Assembly (NCBI GenBank): GCA_937873135.1
Contig: CALMVQ010000037.1
Span: 2,487 to 66,486 of the forward strand
Reading direction: 5' to 3'
Length of the DNA: 64,000 nucleotides
DNA from: an uncultured Scytonema sp.
GTDB taxonomy: Bacteria > Cyanobacteriota > Cyanobacteriia > Cyanobacteriales > Nostocaceae
The notes under the pieces are model-generated. The model was given only the letters and a program-made list of their open reading frames with translations, was not told the origin of the DNA and ran no database searches. Below are positions 16,116-26,357 of this stretch, one piece after another. The position numbers were made by a program, and so were the translations under genes. The stretch's first letter is position 1; each line of letters begins with the position of its first letter.

Positions 16116-18323
16116 TCAAAGACCAGCGATTACAGAATCACCGGGAGCCACCGTTGCATCTAGAGTAGTGATTAGAGGCAACATTAATGTGAACGTGGTT
16201 CCCTGATTTTTGCCTTCACAGACAGCCGTAATGGTGCCTCCATGTAACTTGACAAGGTGATGGACAATTGCTAATCCAAGTCCCAAGCCTGCTTTTGTTT
16301 TGCTGCTTGCGTCCTCTGCTTGCCGAAAGCGGTCAAAGATGTACGGCAAAAATTCAGGCTCAATCCCCTTACCTGTATCAATCACTAGGATCGTAGCCTG
16401 GGATGGAGAGTAAGTCAGCAGGACTTCTACCCGCCCACCTTCTGGGGTGAACTTAATCGCGTTGGAGAGGAGATTGCAAACTATCTGCTGCAAGCGGTTG
16501 GGATCTGCCAAAACTTTGCCTAAGCAAGGGGCAATTATTGACTCCAAGCGAATCTGCTTGGCATCAGCCGCCAACTGTAAGTCATCAATCGCCGCTTGGA
16601 TCACTGGAGGCAAATCGATTGGCAATAACTGTAGCCGAATCTTACCTTGTACAATGCGAGTGACATCAAGCAAGTCTTCAATCAGTTGAGACTGCATTTC
16701 GGCATTGCGCTTAATAGTCTCCAAACCACGAGTGACGATTATTTCATTCTGTCTCTGCTTTAAGAGCAAGCGTGACCAACCCAGCATTGCGTTGAGCGGG
16801 GTGCGTAACTCGTGAGAGAGTACAGCGATAAATTCGTCTTTGCTAGTATTTGCCGCTTCTGCTTCCGCCCTTGCTGCTTGCTCACTCACAAAGAGTTGAG
16901 CGCGTTCTATTTCTGCCTGTTTACGAGCGGTGATGTCTTGGCTAACTGTCGCGATGCCAATGGGCCGACCTGTTTTTGGATCTTTAATGGCGAAGATATT
17001 GGAGTAGACTGGAATTGCCATTCCGGTTTTCAAGTGCCGGAACCGGAACTCACCAACCCATTGCCCAAGTTCATTCATAGCAGGAATAATCTGCTCCTGA
17101 AAATAAGCTAGATCTTCTGATGTGAAATATTCCGAAACAGGCCTTGGCTTCACCGCTTCATCGCCATCCAGCCCGACAAGCTTTTGTCCAGACTCATTGA
17201 TAAAGAGAATCTGACCCTCCCAGGTGGTAATGCCAATAAAGTCAGGACTGTTTTCAATCACGAGGGCGAGTTTTTGCCGCTCTTCCTCAATGCGATGGCG
17301 TTGAATGCCAAGGGCTATTCCATTTGCTACTGAGTCGAGGGCTTGAAGAGTTGTTTCTGCAAGTGGGGCGCGAGAAAACATTGCCAACACTCCCATCAGT
17401 TGGTCTTCGACCACTAGGGGGTAGCCAGCAAACGCCACCATTCCTGATTGCTTAGCCCACTCCTGGTCATGAATCTCACCATCACCGACGACTTGATTCG
17501 TTAAGTGAGGCTTACGGTTTTGAGCAATGCGTCCGATCTTAAACTGTCCTACGGTAATACAACTGTGAGGACCGTCAATATGGGTGTACAGCCCTGAACT
17601 TGCTTGTAATTCCAGTGTATTCGCTGCTTGATTCAGGGTCCAGATGCGAGCAAAGGCGGCACCCAGATGCCGAACTACAGCCTCGGTACACTCAGATAGC
17701 ATTTCCTGGAGTGAATAGCTCTGATTTAAAGACAGACTGACATCCTTAATGAGATCGGCTAAACGCGATCGCTCCAGTAGCACTTGCTGATTCTGCTTAA
17801 GTTGGACTTCAGCGAGACTCACTTGACGTGCCGCAAGGCGGAGTTCGAGTTCATCCACCACTATTGCGGCTAAGTCATACAGTGTGGCACGTTGCTCAAC
17901 CGTTAAGTCCTGGCGGGGTTGGCTATCTACCAAACACAACGTCCCTAGATTGAAGCCATCATGCGTGACGAGGGGAGCAGCCGCGTAGAACCGAATTCCC
18001 GGTTCACTCAGGGCAAATGGTTTGTAGGCGAAGCGAGGGTCCTCTCTGGTATCGGGAACCACTAAAACAGTGGGGGTTAAAATTGCAAAACTGCAAATGG
18101 TAGCATCGCGACTAATTTCAGTGTTTTCAAAGCCATAGGAAGACTTAAACCAGGCTCGGCGCTCATCGACAAAAGAAATTAGAGCAATTGGGACACCAAA
18201 TAATCGCGCCGCCAGGGCTGTAATTCGGTCAAAGCTGGCTTCAGGTGGAGTCTCCAGGACTTTGTAACTTCGCAGAGCCTCTAAGCGGCTTTTCTCATTG
18301 GATGGCTTGGGCGCATTCGTCAT
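16116..18323 (-). CDS. Multi-domain sensor histidine kinase (GAF-GAF-PAS-HisKA-HATPase)
   Basis: H-box SHELRTPLNAM and G-boxes DTGKGI and GLGLGLAIV are present. The N-terminal LEALRSY...DRIT motif is typical of GAF sensors. The likely start is the ATG at 18323 (MTNAPKP); the longest ORF extends to 18428. Confidence 0.85.
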   Translation of the reverse strand: MTNAPKPSNEKSRLEALRSYKVLETPPEASFDRITALAARLFGVPIALISFVDERRAWFKSSYGFENTEISRDATICSFAILTPTVLVVPDTREDPRFAYKPFALSEPGIRFYAAAPLVTHDGFNLGTLCLVDSQPRQDLTVEQRATLYDLAAIVVDELELRLAARQVSLAEVQLKQNQQVLLERSRLADLIKDVSLSLNQSYSLQEMLSECTEAVVRHLGAAFARIWTLNQAANTLELQASSGLYTHIDGPHSCITVGQFKIGRIAQNRKPHLTNQVVGDGEIHDQEWAKQSGMVAFAGYPLVVEDQLMGVLAMFSRAPLAETTLQALDSVANGIALGIQRHRIEEERQKLALVIENSPDFIGITTWEGQILFINESGQKLVGLDGDEAVKPRPVSEYFTSEDLAYFQEQIIPAMNELGQWVGEFRFRHLKTGMAIPVYSNIFAIKDPKTGRPIGIATVSQDITARKQAEIERAQLFVSEQAARAEAEAANTSKDEFIAVLSHELRTPLNAMLGWSRLLLKQRQNEIIVTRGLETIKRNAEMQSQLIEDLLDVTRIVQGKIRLQLLPIDLPPVIQAAIDDLQLAADAKQIRLESIIAPCLGKVLADPNRLQQIVCNLLSNAIKFTPEGGRVEVLLTYSPSQATILVIDTGKGIEPEFLPYIFDRFRQAEDASSKTKAGLGLGLAIVHHLVKLHGGTITAVCEGKNQGTTFTLMLPLITTLDATVAPGDSVIAGL

Positions 18324-18600
18324 CGTTTCTCCACAGATCTCCCTAATGAAGGAATTTAGCTTGTCGTCTTTCAGCCTGATATCCCTACCACAACGTGTTG
18401 AACAATAAGTCCATCTTAGGATAGACATAGCTTTATTTCCTAATCAGCAAAGAAAATTTGCTTCGGAACAATGATTGGAACTTACGCACTTTACAAATTA
18501 ACTCTTGTGTGCGTAAAGATCTAGCGTTAACTTCTGTACGAGCAAGTATTTCCCATTTCTATCTCACTCATGCATAAGTTGATTTTGCTTGCATTTAATC

Positions 18601-18728
18601 ATAGCAATTCTCAGTTGTATCTCATAGATTCTCGCCCTCACCCCCAGCCCCTCTCCCAAGTTTGGGAGAGGGGTGCATGCTAAGATTGGTGAGGAAATTC
18701 TGTATGTGACTTAAACGAGAAGTGCTAT
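18601..18728 (+). mobile_element. MITE, family alpha, full length (~128 bp; TIR ATAGCAATTCTC / GAGAAGTGCTAT)
   Basis: Matches 25994..26120 in direct orientation and 15515..15629 in inverted orientation. Confidence 0.7.
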
Positions 18729-19204
18729 AAAGAAGGAAGGGCAGCAAATAAGTCTGATTTACAGAGAGCAGATTTTTGTCAATGCGTAAGTCCTATCATT
18801 CATAAAGGGCATAATTTGCAAAGAATTGTTAAGATGACTGTAACATGACTCCGTATTATGCATCAGGCGCGACTCTCAAATACGAGTGTAGAGACGCAAC
18901 AAAGCTGCGCGTCTATTGTCTGCATCAGTTTTTATGTTGCATTTTTTTACAAATTAAACTTGTCTTTTCCATAAAGATATGCAATACTGCGAAAAGTAAA
19001 TACGATTAAGCGGTCAACTTACCGTAATTTATTGAAAACCATTGCTCAACAAAACTTTCATCTGAACAAATACTTTAAAAGTTCGGGACAAAGCAGTGTC
19101 AATAAAGGCTCTCGATAGCATTTATCGCTCGGTAGAGATCTGTTCATTGTTCTACTCGAGCTAAGGAGTCAGTCAGTAAGTCTGTGCAAATAATTATTAC
19201 TGAT

Positions 19205-19240
19205 TCATAGTTGGGTTTCAGCGCTGAAACCCAACTATGA
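19205..19240. promoter_or_regulatory. Perfect 36-bp palindrome TCATAGTTGGGTTTCAGC|GCTGAAACCCAACTATGA upstream of ssuB
   Basis: The two 18-nt halves are exact reverse complements with no spacer. It lies about 100-135 bp upstream of the possible ssuB starts. Confidence 0.4.
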
Positions 19241-19357
19241 AGGTAATTCTAATATTTTACATTTTGTCGCATAGTTACGTTTTTTCTCTTCGACCTACTT
19301 TATAGTTACCGTTTTTACCTGTGCAAGGCTTAACACTTGGAGGTTTTTTTGACAGAT

Positions 19358-20167
19358 ATGGAATCTGAATGGGGAATGCATTTAAAACTTGAAAGGCTGA
19401 AAAAGTCCTTCGGATCTCTACCAGTCTTGCGAGGCATAGATTTTGAGGTGATGCCAGGAGAATTTGTCGCAATTGTCGGTCGCAGTGGATGTGGCAAGAG
19501 TACAATGCTACGCCTGATTGCAGGACTAGACTCTCCAGATGCAGGGGCTGTATTTCTGGATGATAGACAATCCCATTGTCGGATCGGTCCAAGAGTACGG
19601 ATGATGTTCCAGGATGCCCGTTTATTGCCTTGGCAACGGGTACAGGCGAATGTGGAGCTAGGCTTGCTTGGCTCGAAACTGTTTGTGCGGCAAACTGCTT
19701 TACAAGTTCTCCGCTCTGTAGGATTGGAAGATCGCGCTCAGGATTGGCCTGCTGTACTTTCTGGCGGACAACGCCAACGGGTGTCTTTAGCAAGAGCATT
19801 GGCAAGTAAACCCTCTTTGTTGCTTCTAGATGAACCTCTCGGTGCTTTAGATGCTTTAACTCGGATTGAGATGCAACAATTAATCGAAGGTTTATGGCTC
19901 GAACAGAAATTTACTGCACTGCTGATTACCCATGATGTAGAAGAAGCTGTGGTTCTAGCAGATCGAGTTGTACTAGTGGAAAACGGTCAGATCGCTATGG
20001 ATTGTCCAATTTCCCTTCCGCGTCCTAGAGTTAGGGGAAATGCAGTCTTTGCCCAAACAGTAGAACACATTTTGCAGCGTGTAATGGGCAAATACGAAAG
20101 CAATCAAAGCAGATTTCAGTACTCAGAAGCCAATAGACAGAGTGAGTTCTCTATAACTGGCAGATGA
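19358..20167 (+). CDS. ssuB: Aliphatic sulfonate ABC transporter ATP-binding protein
   Basis: Walker [10 protein letters not shown], signature LSGGQRQR, Walker B LLLLDEP. The start is ambiguous (TTG 19337, ATG 19358 or ATG 19376). Confidence 0.85.
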   Translation: MESEWGMHLKLERLKKSFGSLPVLRGIDFEVMPGEFVAIVGRSGCGKSTMLRLIAGLDSPDAGAVFLDDRQSHCRIGPRVRMMFQDARLLPWQRVQANVELGLLGSKLFVRQTALQVLRSVGLEDRAQDWPAVLSGGQRQRVSLARALASKPSLLLLDEPLGALDALTRIEMQQLIEGLWLEQKFTALLITHDVEEAVVLADRVVLVENGQIAMDCPISLPRPRVRGNAVFAQTVEHILQRVMGKYESNQSRFQYSEANRQSEFSITGR

Positions 20168-20204
20168 ATAGTCAGTCATTCCAAACAACTAACAATTAAC
20201 AATT

Positions 20205-21392
20205 ATGGTACAACTGTTAGAAGTTAAACAAACTCAAGATTGGATTGCGATCGCTTCAACCCTCTCTCAGGAACTTGCCCAAACAGCTGTGGAACGGGAT
20301 GCTAAAGCGGGAGAGCCAAATTTGGAAGTACAGCGACTGCGTGAAAGCGGTTTGCTGCCGTTGGTCGTACCGAAAGAACATGGTGGAATTGGGGCAACTT
20401 GGGCAGAAGCCTTCAAAATTATCCAAAAACTTTCTTCATCTGATGGTTCTATTGGGCAATTGTATGGTAACCATCTTAATTTAACTGCTTTGGCGCATGT
20501 TTCGGGAACACCAGAGCAAAAGGATAGATACTATTGGGAAACATCACGGAATAATTTGTTTTGGGCTAATGCTATCAACACGTGGGATACTCGGTTGAAA
20601 ATTAGTCCAGACGGCGAACATTTCCGAGTCAATGGTGTTAAAAGTTTCGGCACAGGTGTTGATGTTGCCGATATGAGGGTTTTTAGCGCTGTAGGCGATG
20701 GCGCTGAACTCCCTTTCTTATTTGTCATTCCCAAAAGCCGGGAAGGTGTCGTTTCCAATCAGGATTGGGAGAATATAGGGCAACGGCGAACGGATAGTGA
20801 TACGTTCACATTTCACAATGTTTTGGTGAAAAAAGATGAACTTTTAGGACCTCCCAATCCTCCTGATAGTGCTTTTGCCACATTTCTGGGAATCATCGCC
20901 CAGCTTACCAAAACCCATGTATATCTGGGGATTGCAGAAGGAGCATTTGCGGCGGCAAAACAATACACCACAAACTATACTAAACCCTGGATCACATCAG
21001 GGGTAGATCGGATCCTGGCTGATCCCTATATCCTGCTTCACTACGGTGAACTCTGGACTGAACTCCAAGCTGCCATTGCTTTAGCCGATCAAGCTGCGGC
21101 AAAAGTACAACAAGCATGGGAGAAGGATATTAACGTGACTGTTGAAGAACGGGGAGAGGTGGCGATCGCTGTTTTTGCTGCTAAAGCTTTTGCGACAAGA
21201 GTGGGATTGGATATCACGACGAACATCTTTGAATTAATGGGAACCCGCTCCACTGCTACCAAATATGGATTTGACCGTTACTGGCGGGATCTACGCACCT
21301 TCACGCTTCACGATCCTGTAGATTACAAATTGCGAGACATAGGTAATTGGGTACTAAACCAGGAGTTACCAATCGTTACCCAATATTCGTGA
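20205..21392 (+). CDS. Acyl-CoA dehydrogenase-fold sulfur-acquisition oxidoreductase (SfnB/DszC-like)
   Basis: 395 aa with an ACAD-like fold pattern, embedded in the ssu cluster as SfnB-family genes typically are. Confidence 0.7.
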   Translation: MVQLLEVKQTQDWIAIASTLSQELAQTAVERDAKAGEPNLEVQRLRESGLLPLVVPKEHGGIGATWAEAFKIIQKLSSSDGSIGQLYGNHLNLTALAHVSGTPEQKDRYYWETSRNNLFWANAINTWDTRLKISPDGEHFRVNGVKSFGTGVDVADMRVFSAVGDGAELPFLFVIPKSREGVVSNQDWENIGQRRTDSDTFTFHNVLVKKDELLGPPNPPDSAFATFLGIIAQLTKTHVYLGIAEGAFAAAKQYTTNYTKPWITSGVDRILADPYILLHYGELWTELQAAIALADQAAAKVQQAWEKDINVTVEERGEVAIAVFAAKAFATRVGLDITTNIFELMGTRSTATKYGFDRYWRDLRTFTLHDPVDYKLRDIGNWVLNQELPIVTQYS

Positions 21393-21437
21393 CGCTCCTA
21401 CAAGGTATACAAGCATACAGTGTAGTAGTCTGTCAAG

Positions 21438-21590
21438 TCAAAGTAAAAAGTAAAAAGAGAATCCCCATAATTAAAATTAGGGGATCTTACGCTCACCTTT
21501 TTTGCTCGCACTATGTGTCCCCTAAAAAATATTTTTGAGTTTTCCATAAATAAAATTAGGGGCTTGAAACCGTTTTTTCTTTTTCTTTCT
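21438..21590 (-). mobile_element. Repeat/MITE, family C (~155-165 bp)
   Basis: Reverse-complement match to 59568..59732 (GGTGAGCGTAAGATCCCCTAATTTTAAT...GGGGATTCTCTTTTTACTTTTTACTT). Confidence 0.7.
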
Positions 21591-21653
21591 TTTGCCTTTT
21601 AACTTTTGCCTTGTTCAGTCAGGGTTTCATGTTTTCCTGCTCTCTTGCCAAGC

Positions 21654-21677
21654 GGTGGGTAATTCCCACCCTTTTTT
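21654..21677 (+). terminator. GC-rich hairpin GGTGGG-taatt-CCCACC followed by CTTTTTT
   Basis: It has the shape of an intrinsic terminator but lies only 23 nt before the ssuA ATG, so it could be an attenuator or part of a repeat. Confidence 0.4.
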
Positions 21678-21699
21678 CTTCATTCAATAGCGTCAACTC

Positions 21700-22776
21700 A
21701 TGCAAGGTTTGAAAAAAAAGTTTGAATCCTGGATACGGCTGCGAAAAACTCATCGTTACTTCTTATTTTTCCTTGGCTACTGCCTTGTGCTATCTAGTAT
21801 TCTATTGAGTTGCGGTACACCATCAAACACAACTCAGCAAACGGTAGCTTCTTCTAATAACGCTGCGAAGCAAGTGGTGAGGATTGTGCGTTCAAAACAA
21901 CTTACTTCTTTAGCAGTCTTAGAAAAGCAAGGCACCTTGGAAAAAAAATTGGCACCTCTAGGTTTTAACATAGAGTGGCCGGAGTTTGCTGCAGGACCAC
22001 AACAGTTAGAAGCCCTAAATGCAGGCGGACTTGATATTGCACTCACAGCAGAGTCGCCTCCCGTTTTTTCACAAGCAGCAGGTACACCCTTAATCTATTT
22101 GGTTACTATGCCTCCTAGTGGCAAAGCAATCTCGCTTTTAGTTCCTGTCAACTCTCCTATTAAAAGTGTTAGCGACTTAAAGGGCAAAAAGGTTGCTTTT
22201 CAAAAAGCATCTATTGGTCATTACCTCTTGGTAAAAGCGTTAGAAGCAGCGCGGTTAAAACTTAGCGATGTTGAGTCTATTTTTCTTCCACCGCCAGACG
22301 CAAATGTGGCGTTTAGTCAAGGAAAACTCAATGGCTGGTTCATCTGGGAGCCATTTGTCACTAGAGCAGAACAGAAGAAAGTAGGTCGTGTTCTCACAGA
22401 TGGCGACAAGTTGCGAGATACTGGTAACTTTTACTCGACCTCACGTCAGTTTTTCCAAGCTCATCCAGATGTTATTAAAGTCTTTCTTGAGGAACTACAA
22501 AAAGCCGAAATCTGGACTAAAGATCATCCTCAAGAAGTGGCCGAACTACTTTCTTCTAGCACTCAACTTGATGTACCTACGCTTAAGAACATGCATGATA
22601 AGTACGATTATGGGTTGCAACCTATTACTGAGAAAACCATCAACAAGCAGCAACAGGTTGCCGATCTCTGGTACAGCTTAAAACTTCTTCCGAAGAAGGT
22701 GAATGTTAGAGATGGATTTTTGACACCCGAACAGTATGCCGAAATTACTCCCAAGGATGTATTAGCTAAAAAGTGA
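21700..22776 (+). CDS. ssuA: Aliphatic sulfonate ABC transporter substrate-binding lipoprotein
   Basis: 358 aa with a signal peptide and an LLSCG lipobox. Paralog of the partial gene at 2..712. Confidence 0.85.
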   Translation: MQGLKKKFESWIRLRKTHRYFLFFLGYCLVLSSILLSCGTPSNTTQQTVASSNNAAKQVVRIVRSKQLTSLAVLEKQGTLEKKLAPLGFNIEWPEFAAGPQQLEALNAGGLDIALTAESPPVFSQAAGTPLIYLVTMPPSGKAISLLVPVNSPIKSVSDLKGKKVAFQKASIGHYLLVKALEAARLKLSDVESIFLPPPDANVAFSQGKLNGWFIWEPFVTRAEQKKVGRVLTDGDKLRDTGNFYSTSRQFFQAHPDVIKVFLEELQKAEIWTKDHPQEVAELLSSSTQLDVPTLKNMHDKYDYGLQPITEKTINKQQQVADLWYSLKLLPKKVNVRDGFLTPEQYAEITPKDVLAKK

Positions 22777-22786
22777 AAATTCCCAG

Positions 22787-23626
22787 ATGAAAAAATCCCA
22801 ATTAAAGTTCTATTTTAAAAATCGCCATACTCAGAAGATCATTCCTTGGGTTGTACCCTTGCTGCTACTTTTCCTATGGCAATTATTCTCCATGATCGGT
22901 TGGATTCCTACCAGAATTTTGCCTGCTCCTTTAAGTGTTGTCGGTGCGGCAATCCAATTAGCTAAGAGTGGGGAACTGTTTAGGAATATCAGCATCAGTG
23001 CAACTCGGGCAACAATGGGTTTCTTGATCGGGGGAAGTCTTGGTTTTGGCTTGGGTTTACTTAATGGAATTTCTCCCCTTGCTGAAGAGTTGTTGGATAC
23101 GTCTCTCCAGATGCTTCGTAATATTCCTAATTTGGCTTTGATTCCTCTGGTGATTTTGTGGTTTGGGATTGGAGAGGAAGCAAGGCTATTTCTTGTGTCC
23201 TTGGGTGTGATGTTTCCAATCTACTTAAATACCTTTCACGGAATTCGCAGTGTCGATCCCGGATTAATTGAAATGGGAAAAGTTTATGGCTTAAATGCCT
23301 GGGGTTTATTTTGGCGGATTATTCTTCCTGGGGCGATGTCTTCGATCTTAGTTGGTGTGCGTTTTTCTTTGGGGATCATGTGGCTGACGCTGATTGTCGC
23401 AGAGACGATCGCTGCTGACTCTGGGATCGGTTATATGGCGATGAATGCTAGAGAATTTATGCAAACAGATGTAGTGGTACTGAGCATCTTGCTGTATGCC
23501 TTGTTTGGTAAGCTAGCGGATGTGATCGCCAGAGCATTGGAAGGATACTGGTTGCAATGGAATCCCAGTTATCAGCGCAATAAGGAGAAGAAGCGTGAGA
23601 AGTTAACGCTCAGCAATTCTGTCTAA
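22787..23626 (+). CDS. ssuC: Aliphatic sulfonate ABC transporter permease
   Basis: 279 aa with six hydrophobic helices and a BPD-transporter-like loop (EAARLF...). Confidence 0.85.
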   Translation: MKKSQLKFYFKNRHTQKIIPWVVPLLLLFLWQLFSMIGWIPTRILPAPLSVVGAAIQLAKSGELFRNISISATRATMGFLIGGSLGFGLGLLNGISPLAEELLDTSLQMLRNIPNLALIPLVILWFGIGEEARLFLVSLGVMFPIYLNTFHGIRSVDPGLIEMGKVYGLNAWGLFWRIILPGAMSSILVGVRFSLGIMWLTLIVAETIAADSGIGYMAMNAREFMQTDVVVLSILLYALFGKLADVIARALEGYWLQWNPSYQRNKEKKREKLTLSNSV

Positions 23627-23778
23627 AATCTGTAGCTTAAATGCTGTTTTTTTTTGAAAAAAGTCTTGTCTTTAGTGCTTGGCTGTGCAACAATAGAGAC
23701 AATTCAATAAAATACTGTAAATTGATAGAAAAACCGTAAATTAACTGCAAAATTTTGCAACTAGTCTAAATAAGCATC

Positions 23779-24936
23779 ATGCATCTACTTTGGTTTATCC
23801 CAACTCATGGTGATGGGCGCTACCTAGGGACTGCAACAGGCGGACGGGCAGTAAGCTTTTCTTACCTGCGCCAGATTGCTCAAGCAGTCGATCATTTAGG
23901 CTACACGGGCGCTTTGTTACCTACCGGTCGTTCTTGTGAAGATGCTTGGATTATGGCATCAACGCTGGTAACTCACACACAAAAGATGCGCTTTCTGGTA
24001 GCAGTGCGTCCCGGTTTGGTATCACCTGGGGTTGCCGCAAGGATGGCTGCAACGTTTGATCGCGTTTCCGATGGACGCTTGCTGATTAATGTAGTGACAG
24101 GTGGCGATCCCGTAGAGTTGGCAGGGGATGGTTTGCACCTGAACCATGACGATCGCTACAAATTAACAGATGAGTTTTTAACAGTATGGCGGCAGATTGT
24201 TGGAGGCGAAGTCACTAATTTCCAAGGTGATTATTTCAATATCCACAATGGCAAGATTCTATTTCCCCCCATTCAAAAACCTCATCCTCCCTTGTGGTTT
24301 GGCGGTTCCTCTTCCATTGCCCAGCACATTGCTGCCAAACATGTGGATGTATACCTCACTTGGGGTGAACCACCGTCTCAAGTTGCAGAAAAGATTGCTT
24401 CAGTTCGCCGACTTGCAGAGGAACAAGGACGGAAGTTGCAGTTTGGTATTCGCTTGCATGTGATTGTGCGGGAAACCGAGAGCGAAGCTTGGGATGCTGC
24501 CAATCAATTGATTCGGTATTTGGATGCAGATGCGATCGCCTCTGCTCAGAAAACCTATGCTCGCATGGATTCCGTTGGACAACAGCGCATGAGTCAACTG
24601 CATGGTGGCAGTCAGGAAGCTTTGGAAATTAGCCCGAATTTGTGGGCGGGGATTGGTTTGGTGCGAGGTGGAGCGGGAACTGCTTTAGTAGGAGATCCCG
24701 ATACCGTTGCCGCCCGGATGTTGGAATATGCCGACTTGGGGATCGATAGTTTCATCCTCTCTGGTTATCCCCACTTAGAAGAGGCTTATCGAGTTGCAGA
24801 ACTACTTTTTCCTCGGTTGCCATTGGATATCCCAACAATTGAGCAACAGCAGGTGTTGAGTCCTTTTGGGGAAATTGTTGCCAATCAAGATTTCCCCAAG
24901 CAACAGAAAGCGAAAACAGCAGCCACCGTAGATTAA
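23779..24936 (+). CDS. ssuD: FMNH2-dependent alkanesulfonate monooxygenase
   Basis: 385 aa. The N-terminus [18 protein letters not shown] and the luciferase-like fold are typical of SsuD. Confidence 0.9.
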   Translation: MHLLWFIPTHGDGRYLGTATGGRAVSFSYLRQIAQAVDHLGYTGALLPTGRSCEDAWIMASTLVTHTQKMRFLVAVRPGLVSPGVAARMAATFDRVSDGRLLINVVTGGDPVELAGDGLHLNHDDRYKLTDEFLTVWRQIVGGEVTNFQGDYFNIHNGKILFPPIQKPHPPLWFGGSSSIAQHIAAKHVDVYLTWGEPPSQVAEKIASVRRLAEEQGRKLQFGIRLHVIVRETESEAWDAANQLIRYLDADAIASAQKTYARMDSVGQQRMSQLHGGSQEALEISPNLWAGIGLVRGGAGTALVGDPDTVAARMLEYADLGIDSFILSGYPHLEEAYRVAELLFPRLPLDIPTIEQQQVLSPFGEIVANQDFPKQQKAKTAATVD

Positions 24937-25002
24937 CACAAACATAACTTGCATTCAGCAAGGTTGAATGCTGACAAAACATCACCATGAGGATTTAAAA
25001 AG

Positions 25003-25569
25003 ATGGCTTATATTTTGGCGATCGCCGGCAGTCCTTCCCATCCTTCCAGAACCTACGCTCTTCTGGAATATGCCAAAAAGATTTTACAGCAAGACGGCTT
25101 CCAAACCGATATCATCTCTGTCCGCGATTTACCTGCTGAAGATTTGGTGTTTGGACGATACGATAGCCCTGCTTTGGAACAGCCAAAAGCCCTTTTAGAG
25201 AAGGCTGATGGTGTGATTATTTCCACCCCCATTTACAAAGCAGCATACACCGGAGTCTTGAAAACGTTTTTAGACTTGTTATCGCAAAGGGCTTTGTCGG
25301 GAAAAGTGGTGCTGCCCATTGCCACTGGTGGAACAATTGCTCATTTGTTGGCCATTGAATATGCCCTGAAACCTGTCTTGTCTGAATTGAGAGCAAGGCA
25401 TCTCTTGGGTGGTGTTTACGCAATAGACAAACAAATCCAAGTACAGGAAGATGGCAGTCTTCAGCTTGATGAAGAAATTGACCAAAGATTGAAAGATGCT
25501 CTACGTGAGTTTGTCCAATCTGTCAATCTTTTTCAACCAGTCGCTCAAGAATTGGCGCACGCAAATTAA
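25003..25569 (+). CDS. ssuE: NAD(P)H-dependent FMN reductase
   Basis: 188 aa with the ILAIAGSPSHPSRT flavodoxin-like motif, immediately downstream of ssuD. Confidence 0.85.
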   Translation: MAYILAIAGSPSHPSRTYALLEYAKKILQQDGFQTDIISVRDLPAEDLVFGRYDSPALEQPKALLEKADGVIISTPIYKAAYTGVLKTFLDLLSQRALSGKVVLPIATGGTIAHLLAIEYALKPVLSELRARHLLGGVYAIDKQIQVQEDGSLQLDEEIDQRLKDALREFVQSVNLFQPVAQELAHAN

Positions 25570-25678
25570 TCACAACGTTCTCCTACAAAATGCCAGTAGC
25601 AGGTGATTAGCTCCTTGTCCATCTGCTACTTTCCTTCTGATGTCTTTTCAGTAAAATTATTTAGTATAAATAGTAGCA

Positions 25679-25948
25679 ATGAATCAGCAATCTGATTTTC
25701 TCTCTAATCTATATGATTTTCTCTATCCTCGCAGTCCTGATTATGATCACTTCAAGCCAGAGGATCTGGTTTTTAACGCCAATTTACAAGATTTTTCCCA
25801 ACGAGTAAGTTACATCTGTAACCTGCAAACCAATGGTAAACTTTCCCCACAAGAGGCATACAACCAAATTCAAATCCTCTGGAAACAATTGAAGGGTGCT
25901 AAAAAAGAACTCAACCGGGAAGCGGAGTTAAAAATTAAAAAAGCTTAA
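25679..25948 (+). CDS. Small hypothetical protein
   Basis: 89-aa ORF with no overlap with repeats. No function recognised. Confidence 0.45.
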   Translation: MNQQSDFLSNLYDFLYPRSPDYDHFKPEDLVFNANLQDFSQRVSYICNLQTNGKLSPQEAYNQIQILWKQLKGAKKELNREAELKIKKA

Positions 25949-25993
25949 ATTGCAGACTGTCTAGCAATTCCGAATGGTATGAAAAAGATAACT

Positions 25994-26120
25994 ATAGCGG
26001 TTCTCAATTATATCTCATACGTTCTCGCCCTCTCCAGGTGCCCCTCTCCTAAGTTTGGGAGAGGGATGCACACTAAGATCTGTGAGGGCATTATGTATGT
26101 GACAAAAACGAGAAATACTA
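25994..26120 (+). mobile_element. MITE, family alpha
   Basis: Aligns along its whole length with 18601..18728. Confidence 0.7.
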
Positions 26121-26258
26121 GATATTGTGTCCGTCAAATCACCCATACTAAAAGAACCCCAACCCAACCCCTAAGCGCTGGCGGGGAGGTGAGATAAAGC
26201 GCAGCGAGGGGCGAGTGGGGTTCAGACGAAATTAAGGTTAATTTACTGGACATGATAT
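26121..26258 (+). mobile_element. MITE, family beta (TIR GATATTGTGTCCG / TGGACATGATAT)
   Basis: Terminal inverted repeats are present, and the internal CCCCAACCCCTAAGCGCTGGCGGGGAGG core is shared with 26592..26737. Confidence 0.7.
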
Positions 26259-26357
26259 TATCTCTTCACTCTTTATGCTGCGGCTCTTTTTATCAATTAT
26301 TAAATATATTATCTGTAAAAAAAACCACAATTATGTTTAACTACTTAGGAGGCAGCA

